Source: Octopus vulgaris
Lineage: Eukaryota
DNA length: 64,000 nt
Direction of reading: 5' to 3'
Assembly (NCBI GenBank): GCA_951406725.2
Contig: OX597822.1
Span: 72,788,001 to 72,852,000 of the forward strand
The notes beneath the pieces are model-generated. The model searched no databases. It worked only from the letters and a program-made list of their open reading frames with translations, and was not told the DNA's origin. The position numbers and the translations under genes are program-made. Positions 1 through 13,660 of this stretch are shown one piece after another (position 1 is the stretch's first letter; each line of letters opens with the position of its first letter).

Positions 1-745
1 ACAAAGGGAATATTTCAATAAGTATAATTTGCCTAATGTGCTGTTAATAGGACAAATTGAATATTTTTCATATAATGGAAAAATAGTGACGTTCATTTAA
101 CATAATCTAATTATCAATGAATAAAATATCAAACTTGCAAACGATACCATACATGATACCAACTAGAAGAGGGACATTCAACTATGCAAATAAATAAAAA
201 TATGGTTAAACAGTAAATCTAAAATTCTTTGCCGTTATATATCTATGAAATAAATGGTAAGCAAAATTTTACATTTAAATTCGCTGGAATATTTTAAAAT
301 CATTAACTGTAAAAATATCGTGGTCTAAAGAGAAATTTACAAAAAAGGCATACGCTATATATATATATCACCCGTCATTCAAGAAATAGCAACCACATCA
401 CCCTTGTATCATACGATGTCGACGGAAAGCGGAAAAGGAAATGATCGTTTGATCATGTGAATAGTCCTGGATGTCTTCGCCTAAATAAAAAGAGTTTACA
501 TACATAAGTATGCAGATATATATAGTATACATTTACTGTTAGAGGAAATACTATATAACTTGTTGGTTGTTTATTGATAATGAGTTATTTAGTCACGTTG
601 TGGTCAAGAAGTATTATTAATTACTTGTTGAAATATCTATATAATTCTATCTATCTATCTATCTATCTATCTAGCTGTCTACAAAATTCTATCTCACACA
701 CACACACACACACATATATATATACACACACACACATGTATATAT

Positions 746-819
<74 letters not shown>

Positions 820-820
<1 letters not shown>

Positions 821-970
821 ATTGACCATTAAGTGATTTTTTTATTGTGTCTATTTCTTCGTAGGCTCGAAACGTAAAAGACTTTCGCACCTTCCCGAGC
901 ATTAAACTAATACACCAGCTTGTTGTTTAAACAAGCGTCTGTGTCATTTGTTTTTCTGTAAATTTCCACT
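820..970 (+). mobile_element. Same pLTR family, HHR 5' half deleted
   Basis: GGCTCGAAACGTAAAAGACTTT...CCCGAGCATTAAACTAATACACC tail between (TA)n tracts. Confidence 0.6.
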
Positions 971-1043
971 ATATATATATTCCTTTATCCTTTTAATTGT
1001 TTCACTCATTTTACTGCGGCCATGCATATATATATACATACAT

Positions 1044-1107
<64 letters not shown>

Positions 1108-1240
1108 CACATATATACATGCATATAGTTAAGGTGTTATATGTTCAGTAAAATTTAGATTCAGTTGAATATGGTACTTAATTTAAAGGCACCAGAATTT
1201 AGTATGGTATTATCCATATAATTCAAAATGGGTTGATTAC

Positions 1241-1312
1241 AATCAAAATAAGCAACAAGGGTATCCAAAGGTAATGCATTACCGCTGGATATCCTTCTTG
1301 CTTATTTTGATT
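1241..1312. repeat. 72-bp loopless palindrome, 4 mismatched pairs
   Basis: AATCAAAATAAGCAACAAGGGTATCCAAAGGTAATG | CATTACCGCTGGATATCCTTCTTGCTTATTTTGATT. Confidence 0.85.
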
Positions 1313-1410
1313 ATATTTACATATATATATACAACGGACTTCTTTCAGTTTCCGTCCACCAAATCTGCTCACAAATCTTTGGTCGCCCCGAGGCTATACT
1401 AGAGGGCTTA

Positions 1411-1450
<40 letters not shown>

Positions 1451-1472
1451 TGTATAATTACAGATGTATATG

Positions 1473-1539
<67 letters not shown>

Positions 1540-1919
1540 CTATTTATATATATGTATATATTAATAAAAAATATATGCTCAATAATGTATATATATTTAT
1601 ACACACACAAACACATATATATATGTATACATATGACCCTACTCCTATTTACTCAGCATCATTTCCAGGACGTGAAAGCTGAACGAGAGAATTGTGGCTG
1701 AGTAGACTGCAGCAATGTGTTATATATATATCTCGATCATTGCCGAAACTTGCACTTCCGTCCACGAATTGAACCCATGGTCATTCTGACTGCGAGCGAA
1801 TAATTATAATCCTAATAATAAACACACACGACAGTATTAAATATACATACATACATAGATACATACATACATACATACATACATACATACATACATACAA
1901 ACATACATACATACATACA

Positions 1920-1950
<31 letters not shown>

Positions 1951-3290
1951 GCATACATACAAGACTTGGAAGAGAATATGAACACACACAAACATTGTTC
2001 GTTATGCGAAGGCGTTTAAGAATAATTGATGTCACCACACTTCATAGTTTCTCTACTTCTAAGCTGTAATTATACATTATATGGTAATTTAAGCTCTCCA
2101 AGAAAAGCATTGTGTATATGAATAAAATAAAATAAAATAACTAAAAATAATGGGAATATATAAAAAAAAATCATTATAAAAATTATCCCGTTTTATCATT
2201 TACTCTTTTAAAATAGCTCGAGGAATATGAATTCGAGTGATTGTATGCACGAGAATAGCAACGGATAAGTCTTAGAAGAATTTTGATTGCAAGCTATGCC
2301 AAAAACCATCGTTTCTTTTCTATTCACTTAATTTTTACCTCAAAAAGAAATCCCCTAAAATGAAAAGACATTATTAGAGCAAGACCGATCCCATGTTTAA
2401 AATACGAGTTGATATGAATGTAATCAATGAAATACGCTGGAAAAATCTTTATTTGGAGATGACAAACAGAAAAGATCCTAAATGTTTGCTATTGAAAGAT
2501 ATACAAAAATACAGGATTGGGATTAATATGACGCAAAGAAAAATAATTGAAGAGCTTAGATTGGAAATGACAATGGCATTAGTTGAACACAAAAACCGCA
2601 TTGATAATTGATAATGAGTATATATCTAAATATTCATCCAATTAAAGGAATGTCTTTGAAATATTTGCGCTGATCTAACTTGAATGCCTCGCTGATGGAC
2701 TATTGTTCCAAGTTATTAATAATTTAAACCTCGTCAACATATACTGAAAGAAATTCGTTGAAGTTTCCTCAGATGGGAGCAGAGGTTAGTAGAAAATTAC
2801 AAAGGATGCAAGAATGAGTTAACAAGATAAAACGGATTGCAGCGAAATAATGATTTTCAAGAATTATGAATTGAAATACTTATTTCATCTGACTATATGC
2901 CACTATCATCTCTAGCTCTCATTCACTACAACTCCACTCTCTTTTCTCTCTTGTTCCTATCGTCTGCCTATCTCTCTCAATCCTAGTTTCTCAACTTATT
3001 TTTTTTCCATTCATCAACCTACATTATTTAATCTTTCTTTCGACTGGAATTTACGAACACTTTTCTCTTTATTCTTTTTATACATTATCTATAAATATAT
3101 AAATTCACACATGTAGAAACGCACGCGTATGTTAACAATTTTGATAGTCGACCTCATATTTACAACAAAGAGACACAAAGCTAAGAAAGAATGTGAAACT
3201 AAACCAAATATAAATATACATATCGATGGTATTACTAACTCACATAAACTGTTGGTGCATCTCTACAATTCACACGCCACACTTAAATTC

Positions 3291-3364
<74 letters not shown>

Positions 3365-3471
3365 TTTTCTTTCTTACTGTCTGCCTCTCTGTCTCTATGT
3401 CTGTATATCCACCTACTTACCAATCTATCTTTCGACTAGCCTTTGTGTCTGTTTATTTTATTTATTTATGC

Positions 3472-3762
3472 ACCCTTTTCAACCCTAGCCAGGATCATGG
3501 GCCCAATTTCCCGGTTTCTGTGGCGTATGTGTTGCCCCCAGTTGGACGGACGCCAGTCCATCGCAGCGTTACTCAAAAAACAGGAAAAAAGAGTGAAAGT
3601 TGGGGCAAAAGAGTACAACAGGGGTCGCACCACCCCCCTGCCGGAGCCTCATGGAGTTTTAGGTGTTTTCGCTCAATAAACACACACAACGCCCGGTCTG
3701 GGAATCGAAACCGCGATCCTTCAACCGCGAGTCCGCTGCCCTAACCACTGGGCTATTGCACC
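3472..3762 (-). mobile_element. tRNA-derived SINE, family D head
   Basis: Reverse complement CCCAGTGGTTAGGGCAGCGGACTCGCGG...GGTTTCGATTCCC. Confidence 0.8.
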
Positions 3763-3909
3763 ATCACTGTTTCTGTTTACTTCCTTATTTATCTGCCTAT
3801 CTACTACTGTATCTACTTCCATATCCAAAAACGTTTTATATCTCCTTAATGTCTTGCATCCTTGTAGCATTAAAACTTTTATATCCCTGAATCTAACACA
3901 AAAATTAAA

Positions 3910-4065
3910 CCCGTAACTTAGCGGTTCGGCCTAAAAGACCAATAGAATAAGTACTAGGCTTAGAAAGAATAAGTTCTGGGGTCGATGTCTTCGACTAAAA
4001 CCCTTAAAGGTGGTGCTCCAGCATAGCCGCAGTCAAATGACTGAAACACGTAAAAGAATAAAAGT
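3910..4065 (+). mobile_element. SINE family A, 3' half
   Basis: GTAACTTAGCGGTTCGGC...GGTGCTCCAGCATAGCCGCAGTCAAATGACTGAAAC. Confidence 0.7.
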
Positions 4066-4865
4066 ATAATAGCAAAATACTCACTGCATACAACCCACGT
4101 AATTCAGGCAATAGAAGGAAACAAGAGTTCATCATTAAACAACCTTAAAAACTGCGATGAGTATTGTATGTGTTATGCTATTTCTACAATCCCTTTCGGC
4201 CTAGTGCATAAGTATGATGTTAATCATAGAGAGAAATATTTCTTATATTATACCCGTTCAAATCTAAGACCTTTCGGAATAGTTTTCTTTGTAAATATGC
4301 ACATTGAACCCAATCCACTCCCACAATTCCATAACGCAGTAGAATACCCCTTTTTTAATGCTTGTGAATTTTTTAAAGTTACATATTTCGTTTTGAAGCA
4401 GAACCCTTTCACTTTCAATTCCACCTTGGAAAATACAGTGAAGTGAAATAGGTGTGTCTAATGCGATTATGGTTACTGTAGAATGAGCCAATTATGTATA
4501 CTGAGCTTTTTCCTCTGTGCGTATTTCTATAACTGATTCCAATGATTTGAACACGATGAATTTTTCGGCAATGAGTCTGAAGGGTAGCTTCAAATTCACC
4601 CTTATTTTGCAGATGACTGATCGCCTCGAACATTCATGGTCACGAACTGACAAAAAACTTGTCTTGAGATGTGAGTTTTACTAAAAAATTAATTTGGTGA
4701 GTTTCGACCTAAAGTAGGTTCACCAAGAACCTAGAGAGCGGTTCACCAAGAACCTAGAGAGCGGTTCAAGGTTCATTTTAGTTGATTTGCTGAGCTACAC
4801 GCCGGCATATTTCAAGTAATTTAAATTTGTCAATCTTATAAATATCGTAATATTTCTCTAGCAAC

Positions 4866-5033
4866 GTTTTATAACATGTCTATATTCAAGAGATGAGGAA
4901 TTATGTACATTATTTACATTTGACTGATATGTCCTCATCTCCTTTGTTGTTAACACAACGTTTATACAACAAACTAGATGAGGACAAATATCCGTCAAAT
5001 GTAAATAATGTAAATAATGTTTTATAACATGTC
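4866..5033. mobile_element. Head-to-head inverted pair of the HHR-element tail between 15-bp direct repeats
   Basis: GTTTTATAACATGTC at 4866-4880 and 5019-5033; inner halves match ~54923-55018 on opposite strands. Confidence 0.75.
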
Positions 5034-7399
5034 GTGATAATCAAACAAAAACAGATCAGGCTGGAGACTAATAACCATCAGCAGCGCATATATTTCCTTT
5101 CATAAGTATAATCTTATCACGTGCAGCCCGGAAATATTCTGATAGAAGTTTAAGTATGTATATAAGGATTGAGCGGGCGCACGTGGCAGTAATTGTAATG
5201 CGCATCTTTCGGTTTACACAGAATGTTTGGGAATGTGTCGTTTAGATGCTTTTCTTCCATTATAACCCAAAGCTTAAATTTAATGTGAAGCGTCGCATGC
5301 ACTTAGGCTTCTCATGTTCATGTTAATAATTCAACTTGTTTGATTGAGTTACAAAGCAAATGGATTTAAAACTGATATTTTGCTTCAGTGTAGATATAGT
5401 TACCTAATAGAATTTAAGATTTTAATTCAAAGCCTTTGTATTTTGAACATGGACATCGAAATTTCAAATATTGAATAATCTGTTCAAATCCCCAACTAAG
5501 ATTTTATCAAATTATACTTCGACGTTTATATTTTTTCAGAAGGTATTTAGTAATATAAATTAATATTGAGTATTAGAGGCTTAAAATAAAATTGAATGCA
5601 TAAAGCAAAGTTAAATTTAAAATTAGATTTAAGGATATCGTTAGGATATATTTAATATTATGTTAAGAACTGGTTGTATGATTTTTTTTCTTTATTGCTT
5701 TCCATTGCAAAATTTCAAATTAGATTAATACGTGCTTCTTAGTAAGCCGAAGAATATTATATTCGATAGCGCTTTTGATTTGTTAAATTCATTTATAAAT
5801 CATGTAGTTACGAAATCCTCACATTATATTTATATGATTGCATTTGATGTTATAAACATATATTACACGTAAATTTGAGATCTAGGGGCTTTTAAACAGC
5901 CATCAAGTTAAAACTAAATACAGGAATATTAAAATAATAAAATGATACATTACATTAACTGTTGAGGAAATATAATAAAATAATGCTAAAAATAGGGTAA
6001 GAATTAGAAATTAAAAATATCATAGGCTTATGTATCATATTACAATATTTTATAATAACGATGGTGTGTGTAATTAATCATGTATGATATATATTTAGAT
6101 TCGTGTACATGAACAGATTCAATATCACAAGGCTTCGGAAGTTGGCATTTTGAATGTTAAATAATTGAATAAGTAAATATATAAATACATCTGATTACAT
6201 TCAGTGGGATAAAAGCACTCACACATGGATTTGTATTTTACGTTAGCTTATTAATATTCTAAAATATTTTAACATACATAGCCATTAAGATCAGAGATGT
6301 GTATTGGGATGTAGCTGAAAAGGTAACTTTTGTAGTAGTTTTATATAAAATCTATCTTGTGGCGAGATGTATTTTGAAACAGTTTAAATAATATTTTAGC
6401 CAGAAATGTGGAACCAGCTGAAATTAAACGTTGTATTATATTAGGTGATATTTCCCCCTATTGCTTTGGTTTGCTATGAACTTCTACCTTATCAATTTTG
6501 GTGAATGTAATATTGATAGTCGGTGAATCCACTATGCAATGATATCGTATTGTAATGTGCCAGATCATTATATAATGAAGCTTCATCGGATAATTATAAG
6601 GCGACAATTTAACCAGGATACGGAAAATATTATTTAGGCGATTGATTTTTCTAACGGTGAGATTATTGAACTTTGTGAATCGATTGCAACAAGATAGTTT
6701 ATTATCTTGCACTCACAATCGATTGATATTTTTAACCTGGATTTAGCATAAAGTATATTCAGAAACATCTTGAATAGCTCTGTATGCTTCTTATCGGAAG
6801 AAAGCTGTTCTTCTATTATGTTACTATGAAGATGTGTGAAAATTTGGTATGTAAGCAGTGAAAGTTGTATTGAAATCTCCGACAGAAACAATTACTTTAC
6901 AACAATACTCAGGTGTAATGTCTGATCGTTTGTTTATCGATATGCCATTGACATAGAACAATATGGATCTCTTGATGCATATAAATATCCTTATATCACT
7001 GTCCGAATTAGGGATAGGTGAGGAGGTCTTTGAGTAATTCAGCGCATTCTTTTAGAATGGGTTGGAAAATAATGGTAATACATCACGTTATGTGCATATA
7101 GAATTAACATATAAAATATAAGTGAATTAACCCCGGACATGTCTAAATATCTACGTTCCCGGATATTAAAAAAATTAGAAGAGGACCAAAACGCAGTAGC
7201 AGAAGAATGTGAGGGGATTATTAATCTAAGACATGGCGCAGATAAAATTGAAGAAAAAGATTGTTCTTATATTCAGGCGTGTCGACTGGTAACGGATAAG
7301 AAAATAAGAGAAAAAAATATCAAGATCGAGTTCACGTAACAATGAAGCATTTTATATTTTTAAACGTACATTTACTTTTAAAATGTAAACCACCGCACA

Positions 7400-8110
7400 A
7401 TTTCTAAGAGAATAATATCTAATTCAAATACCCCGTGTTGAATGCTCCCCCACCCACCCGCCGAAATGATATTTGCTGGAAAGATCAGATCCGTCTTTCA
7501 TAAGCTAACAGTAAAAAATAGAAAAAAATAGTTAAGAATTCTCCAAGTTAGGTGGCAAAGTTTTTATAAAATCTTATGGATATAGTAAAGAAAGCTGAGA
7601 AGAATGGTATTCCAGGTAAAAGGAAAAATGTCGAACATAAAAGACATACTAAACAACTGTTAAAAAAATCGGAAAAAAACACTGAAATGGAATCCTCATG
7701 GAAGTATTGTACGACATGTTTGAAACTACGCGTTCTAACGTCAGAATACGGAAAATAATGGAAATATTGGAATTGAACTCTAGGCGTAAGAGATATTAAA
7801 ACTCTAATCGGAGTTTCATTCTTAATAGTAGAGAAGTTAGGGGAGACTAATTCTAAAAAGGGGAGATGTTGTGGAAGGATCCCGAACCCCCAACAAAGTG
7901 ACTAAAACTGGACTAGCACATTGATACAAAATAAAGGACTAAAACTGGACTGGCACATTGATACAAAATAAAGGACTATTCATTGTAAGCAGTTCAATGG
8001 TAGCCATTTTCAGAACGCGTTTAACCCTGCGTAACAGTAATCGTAGTGCGTCGTTTGAATACTTTCTTTTCCCGCACTTCGTTATATTATTTATCCAAAA
8101 CCAAACTACA
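7400..8110 (+). mobile_element. Gypsy-like LTR retrotransposon 3' relic (integrase C-terminus, PPT, 3' LTR)
   Basis: PAEMIFAGKIRSVFHKL and KRHTKQL motifs; PPT AAAAAGGGGAGA directly before TGTTGTG (7867); putative LTR end ACTACA at 8110. Confidence 0.7.
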
Positions 8111-10060
8111 AAACCGATATATTTGTGTGCCCGTGCTTCGTTAAACTATTTATCCAGCACCAGGATAGAAAACCGATATATTTGTGTGGGTGAATGAAAG
8201 ATTTTATCATATTCAAACGTGTCATGAAGTTGGAGTTAGTCAATGATAATCGTCAATAATTTTAAGTTCATTTTAGACTCACAGATGAGAATTGTTTATT
8301 AAGGCATCCTCATGGTGGATGTTATAATGGTATTCACAGTTTGAGTGAAAATATCCGGTCTATCAACACAGAACTATATGTATTTGTGTATGTGCGTGTG
8401 CGTTGGGGTTTATGTACGTGTATGAGTGTTTTTGGCATCTATATAGATTTACATATATGCACATTTATGACGAACAGTTAGGTCATATATCAGTAAATTA
8501 TATGAAAATGAACTCATCCTTTCTCACATTCATTACATACTTGTTGTTTCCAGCTTGTCTTTCATTGTTGAGTATTTTAGAAGGTCGCTAGGTATGCGAG
8601 AAACTTTACGTAAATTCTACCTACTCGAACTTCTAGTTAACCATTGCCTTATTAGAATTATTAGAATTATGATTGATATTCGGTAGACAAAAATCCGTGT
8701 AGAAATCCATATATGTTTGTATATACGTGCATATGTATTTCTGTTCTGACATGTGCATCTATATATATCTATGAAATGTTTCATGTATATGCATATCTTT
8801 ATTTATACCTACACACACACATGTATATATACATATATAGATATATAGATGGACGTATTTATGTATACAGACATCAGTGTATATATCTGTGTGTGTATTT
8901 GTATATCCAAGGAAACCATGATAATGTTATTTGATATAAATTCTACACGTATATCCAGAGTGAATATTCATACGAGATTAGCTACATATTTGCAAAGAAA
9001 GTTTGCTTTCACTCATAATGGAGTCACACGAGGCGAATACTATTATATATATGAAAGCCACTCTAGAAAACTTATTCCATAAATGATTTAGATGATTTCA
9101 TAACATTTGTGCCTTCCTTGTATAAATAATACAGTCAAGTATATAAAGTCAGCACAAGAACATATATTATGAAGAAATAGCCTATCATTGCAAAACAGAA
9201 ATACAAAGATTCAAATCAACAATACCATTTGACGCAGTGAGGAAGACAGATTGTCAATAGATTTGTATACATAAATATATGCATACGTACATACACACAT
9301 ATATGTGTGTATTCTTAAATGCACACAGGGTATTATGCAAATAATGAAACAGGCTTTTTCTGATTTATGTTTATACCATCTAATAATACTGGCATACTTT
9401 CCATTGTATGGAAGATCGAACGCTGTGATGCCAGTGATACGTAATTTCTTTGTTAAATTTGGAAGCCAGACATATTGTGGTTAAATTGTTTCTTCTCAAA
9501 TTTTCCATTTTTTTTGCAGTGACTTACTACACTCTGCTTCCACAGCTGTTTAGCGGCTTTAGTACTAAAGATCGATCAATTTAAGCTTTGAGCCATATGC
9601 TTATGAACCAGTACTAGATCTTCTTTGTCTATTCTCACCCTGTTCAGCTTTTTTCGCTTATTAACAAGGAGTGGGCTTTTCTTGCTTATCAATTTAATAT
9701 GTCATTTTGTCGCCTCGTTTTGAGTTTTGTGTTTAAATTTTCCACAGTAACTCTGCACGCGTAAGCGAAAGCAGTGCATTGTAATCACTCGTCTTTGTCT
9801 GTTTGTTTGCAAAATTACTGGAAAACAGATTTTCAAATTCGGCAGAAATACTAATTGGGTGAGTGGCTCGAGATGATGAATATTTGGTTTGATTATCTTT
9901 AACAATTTTTTTTGAATTCCCGATGAGCAAAGGGTCATATTATTTAGTTCACTTTCTTTTTCATATGAATCGACCTTCGTCCGAGTGTGTATAGATCATG
10001 GTGTACCTATGCGCCTAGATACGTGTGGGTACATACATACATAATGACTCTGTGTGTGTG

Positions 10061-10100
<40 letters not shown>

Positions 10101-10980
10101 AGTGATGGATTCGAGAGTTTCGTTTATTTACGACTTGATTTCTTAACTTCACCGTTCTTAGGCTTCTAATCCTCTTTTAGTCAAACACTAACAAAGCTTA
10201 ATTCAGTTCAATTAAAAAGCATGGGTAAACAACCCATTGTAAGCCATACTATAATTTTCGAAAAAAATTGTCTGTACGCAGGGTATGCATCGCCCCTCCG
10301 ATACCTTTTGTTTTTCATTTCATCTGTTTCCTCTTTCTCCACACAATTATCTGTCATTTCAAACTCTGTCTTATATTTGCCATCATCTTTTTGTAGTCCT
10401 TCGGTAGATATTCTAAAATAGCATTTTTGTTGCCTATTGCATTTATCTATATTCGTGATAAATATGATCACCTTGTGTGATTTAGTGGTGTATTAGAATT
10501 GCATCCATTATCTCAGTTGTTTACCTGTAGAGCCCTGCTTACTCATTTAAAGTCCAGTTAGAATAGTTTGATAGAGTATTAACTTCATTTTGCATTTACC
10601 TTTGTTATAAGTACATATCTAATGCATCTATTGTATTCTTATCAATTTTTACTTTCATTTGTATATTCTCTCAGTTATGTCTGTCTTTGTTTGAATTCTT
10701 ATATTTCTTTTTACTATGATATCAGTATTTTAAATAATATATCTCTCTTCGTGTATGCCATGGTGTATTTTCTGAAGCTTCATCCTCATATAATTTCATT
10801 AATAAATCCGTGTACATTCTCTAGTAGTGTTTCTACTCGCTTATCTTATACAGCTTACAATATGAGTTTGCGCAAATGCGGAAAAATTGCTGGCAGGTCT
10901 TCTAGCTTTGGTATTCGTTCTATTTTGAATCTAGTACAGTCAGTTGGTTAGGTGTTAGCGTTAGGCAGAAAAGAAGTAAA

Positions 10981-11535
10981 GAAGGCGGCGACTGCTGCCG
11001 TTACGTTCTGGGTTCAAATTCCGCCGAGGTTGACTTTACCTTTCATCCTTTCCGGGACGATAAATTAAGTACCAGTTACGCACTGGGGTCGATATAATTG
11101 ACTTAAGCCGTTTCTCTGTCCTTGTTTGTCCTCTCTGTGTTTAGCCCCTTGTGGGTAGTAAAGAAATAGGTATTTCGCCTGCCGCTACGTTCTGAGTTCA
11201 AATTCCGCCGAGGTCGAGTTTGCCTTTCATCCTTTCGGGGTCGATTAAATAAGTATCAGTTACGCACTGGGGTTGATATAATCGACTTAGTCCGTTTGCC
11301 TGTCTTTGTTTGTCCTCTGTGTGTAGCCCCTTGTGGGTAGTAATGAAATAGGTATTTCGTCTGCCATTACGTTCTGAGTTCAAATTCCGAGTGGTCGACT
11401 TTGCCTTTCATCCCTTCGGGGTCGATAAATTAAGTACCAGTTACGCACTGATGTCAATGTAATCGATTTAAACCCCTTTGTCTATCTTTGTTTGTCCCCT
11501 CTATGCTTAGCCCCTTGTGGACTATAAGGAAATAA
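10981..11535 (+). repeat. Tandem trimer of SINE family B (~182-bp unit)
   Basis: CTGCCG(T/C)TACGTTCTGAGTTCAAATTCCG unit starts at 10996, 11179, 11361; monomer at 52626-52842. Confidence 0.85.
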
Positions 11536-11909
11536 GAAAAGAATTAAAGAGAGAGATGGAGGGGAGTGGAAAGAAAAAGATAGCATCCCTTTGGAATATT
11601 CTTCCTCTAAAGGAGATGAATTAAATATGATTCCTCCATGTGCATGCAGTTGCATTACTCTTCGTTTTACTTGTATCATAATTAATGGATCTGCATATTA
11701 TGGCTGCAGTATCCAGGATGTACGTGTAGCGAACACTTCCAAGTGTTTTCTGGAAGTTAATCCATGCCATACACAAAGAGTATTTTTTACTACCCCTTAG
11801 ATTAGTCTTAGATTACGGCTCTTTTTGAAAGTATTTGATCACTACACCCTCATGAGCTGTTTGTAGCATTCTCGCCCCCCACACATTTTCCGACTTCTAT
11901 TCTTTTTCT

Positions 11910-12036
11910 TTGTAGTAATAGTAGTAGTAGTAATAATAGCATCAGCGACAATAGTGGTAATAATAGTAGTAGTAGCATCATCAACATCACCAATAGTAGT
12001 GGTGGTGGTGGTGGTGGTGGTGGTGGTAGTGGTGGT

Positions 12037-12113
<77 letters not shown>

Positions 12114-12783
12114 CAACAACAGTAGTAGTAGTATTGGTTACACAATACATTTGTTGTGAGTAGTTTCAAAAATATTTTACTAGCAAACAAACATGGCACC
12201 CGGTTTCATAACATAACAATTTCGTTGTTGTTGTTTCTGATTTCTTCCATTTTTTCTCGGAGGTTCAGATGTTTGTTTATTGCTTGTTTAATGCATTGCC
12301 TAACATGTTTCATAGTTTGTTCGAAGTAGTTCTTTCTTTATATTGATATGTGCACGGTAATGATGATGACGATGATGATGATGGTAATGATGATGATGAT
12401 GATGATGATGATGATAATGGCGCTGGTTGTGTTACGACGATGATGATGATGGTAAAAATGATGATGATGATGATAGTGGCGGTGGTTGTGTTATGATCAT
12501 GAGGATATGATAACGACGATATGGCGACTGATGATAATGACGACAACAACGAACGGTAATGATGATGGCAATCTTGATGATGACGATGATGATGATGATG
12601 ATTAAGACGACGATGATGATGATGGTAATGATGATAGTAGCGGTGGTTATGTTATGATAATGATGATGACGACGGCGATGCTGATGATGACAGCGACGAT
12701 AATGATGATAGCAATGTTGATGATGATTCATGATGACTATGAGGATGACAACGACTAAGACGCGACGACGACGACGACGACGT

Positions 12784-12818
<35 letters not shown>

Positions 12819-13660
12819 ATGATGATGATGATGGTGGTGATGATGATGATGGTGATGATGATGATGATGAAAATGGTGATGGTGATGATGTTGATGATGA
12901 TGATAGTGGCGATGGTTGTGTTATGATGGCGAGGGCGATGATGATGAATATTTCCATTACCTCTCACCGCACCCCACCATCCAGACAAACATGCACACCA
13001 AAGGATTAAAAGCTAAAGTTAGCAATTTAAAACTCTGCTTTTATATCATTTGCATATTAATTTTTCGTGCTGTTTCTTTTTAGCGTTTTTTAAAATTTTA
13101 TTTATATGTTCATCTTTATCCGGTAAGCAAATAGCGGAAATAGCGAATCATCACCGTTACCAACTTCAACATCGCTTTTTCCTCATCATCATCATCATCG
13201 GCATCATCACAAGTTTCATCAGCAATCAACTTCACCAGCACCGTCCCCACCACCACTGCTGTGACAAGCACAAACACCACCACCACTACCACCATCGTCA
13301 TCTCCACCAAGATTACCAACACCGTCATTACTATAATAATCATAATCATCGTCATCATCATCATCATCGTCATCATCACCTTTTTCTTACTCTTCTTCTC
13401 CTACTTCTTTTTCTCCTTATTATTATTCGTATTAGTAGTAGTAGTAGTATTATTCGTAGCAGCTAGCTACCCCCAACTTCTAATACTAACATCAATACCA
13501 ATGCTAATACTACGAGCACGTCCATAAATATAATTTTTATTGTTTTTATCGCCATTATCACAAGTTTTGTTACCGTTATATTTGACCTGATGGCAAAGTG
13601 AAAAAAACAAACAAATCTTCATCATCACCACAACCGTCACCGTCTTCATCATCGATATCG
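11910..13660. repeat. Compound trinucleotide microsatellite field (GTA/GGT/GCA/GAT/CAT)
   Basis: Directly visible; source of poly-T/H/I ORF artefacts. Confidence 0.9.

Noticed and set aside
2393-2611. 72-aa protein-like ORF
   Set aside because: No recognisable motif or splice context; possibly an old TE relic but unsupported
4718-4769. 23-bp exact tandem duplication
   Set aside because: Ordinary slippage duplication with no further structure
9325-9982. Possible old Tc1/mariner relic
   Set aside because: Only a TIR-like end (GACCTTCGT); no convincing transposase motifs
10996-11535. CRISPR-like periodic array
   Set aside because: Whole ~182-bp units repeat with no unique spacers; eukaryotic SINE sequence
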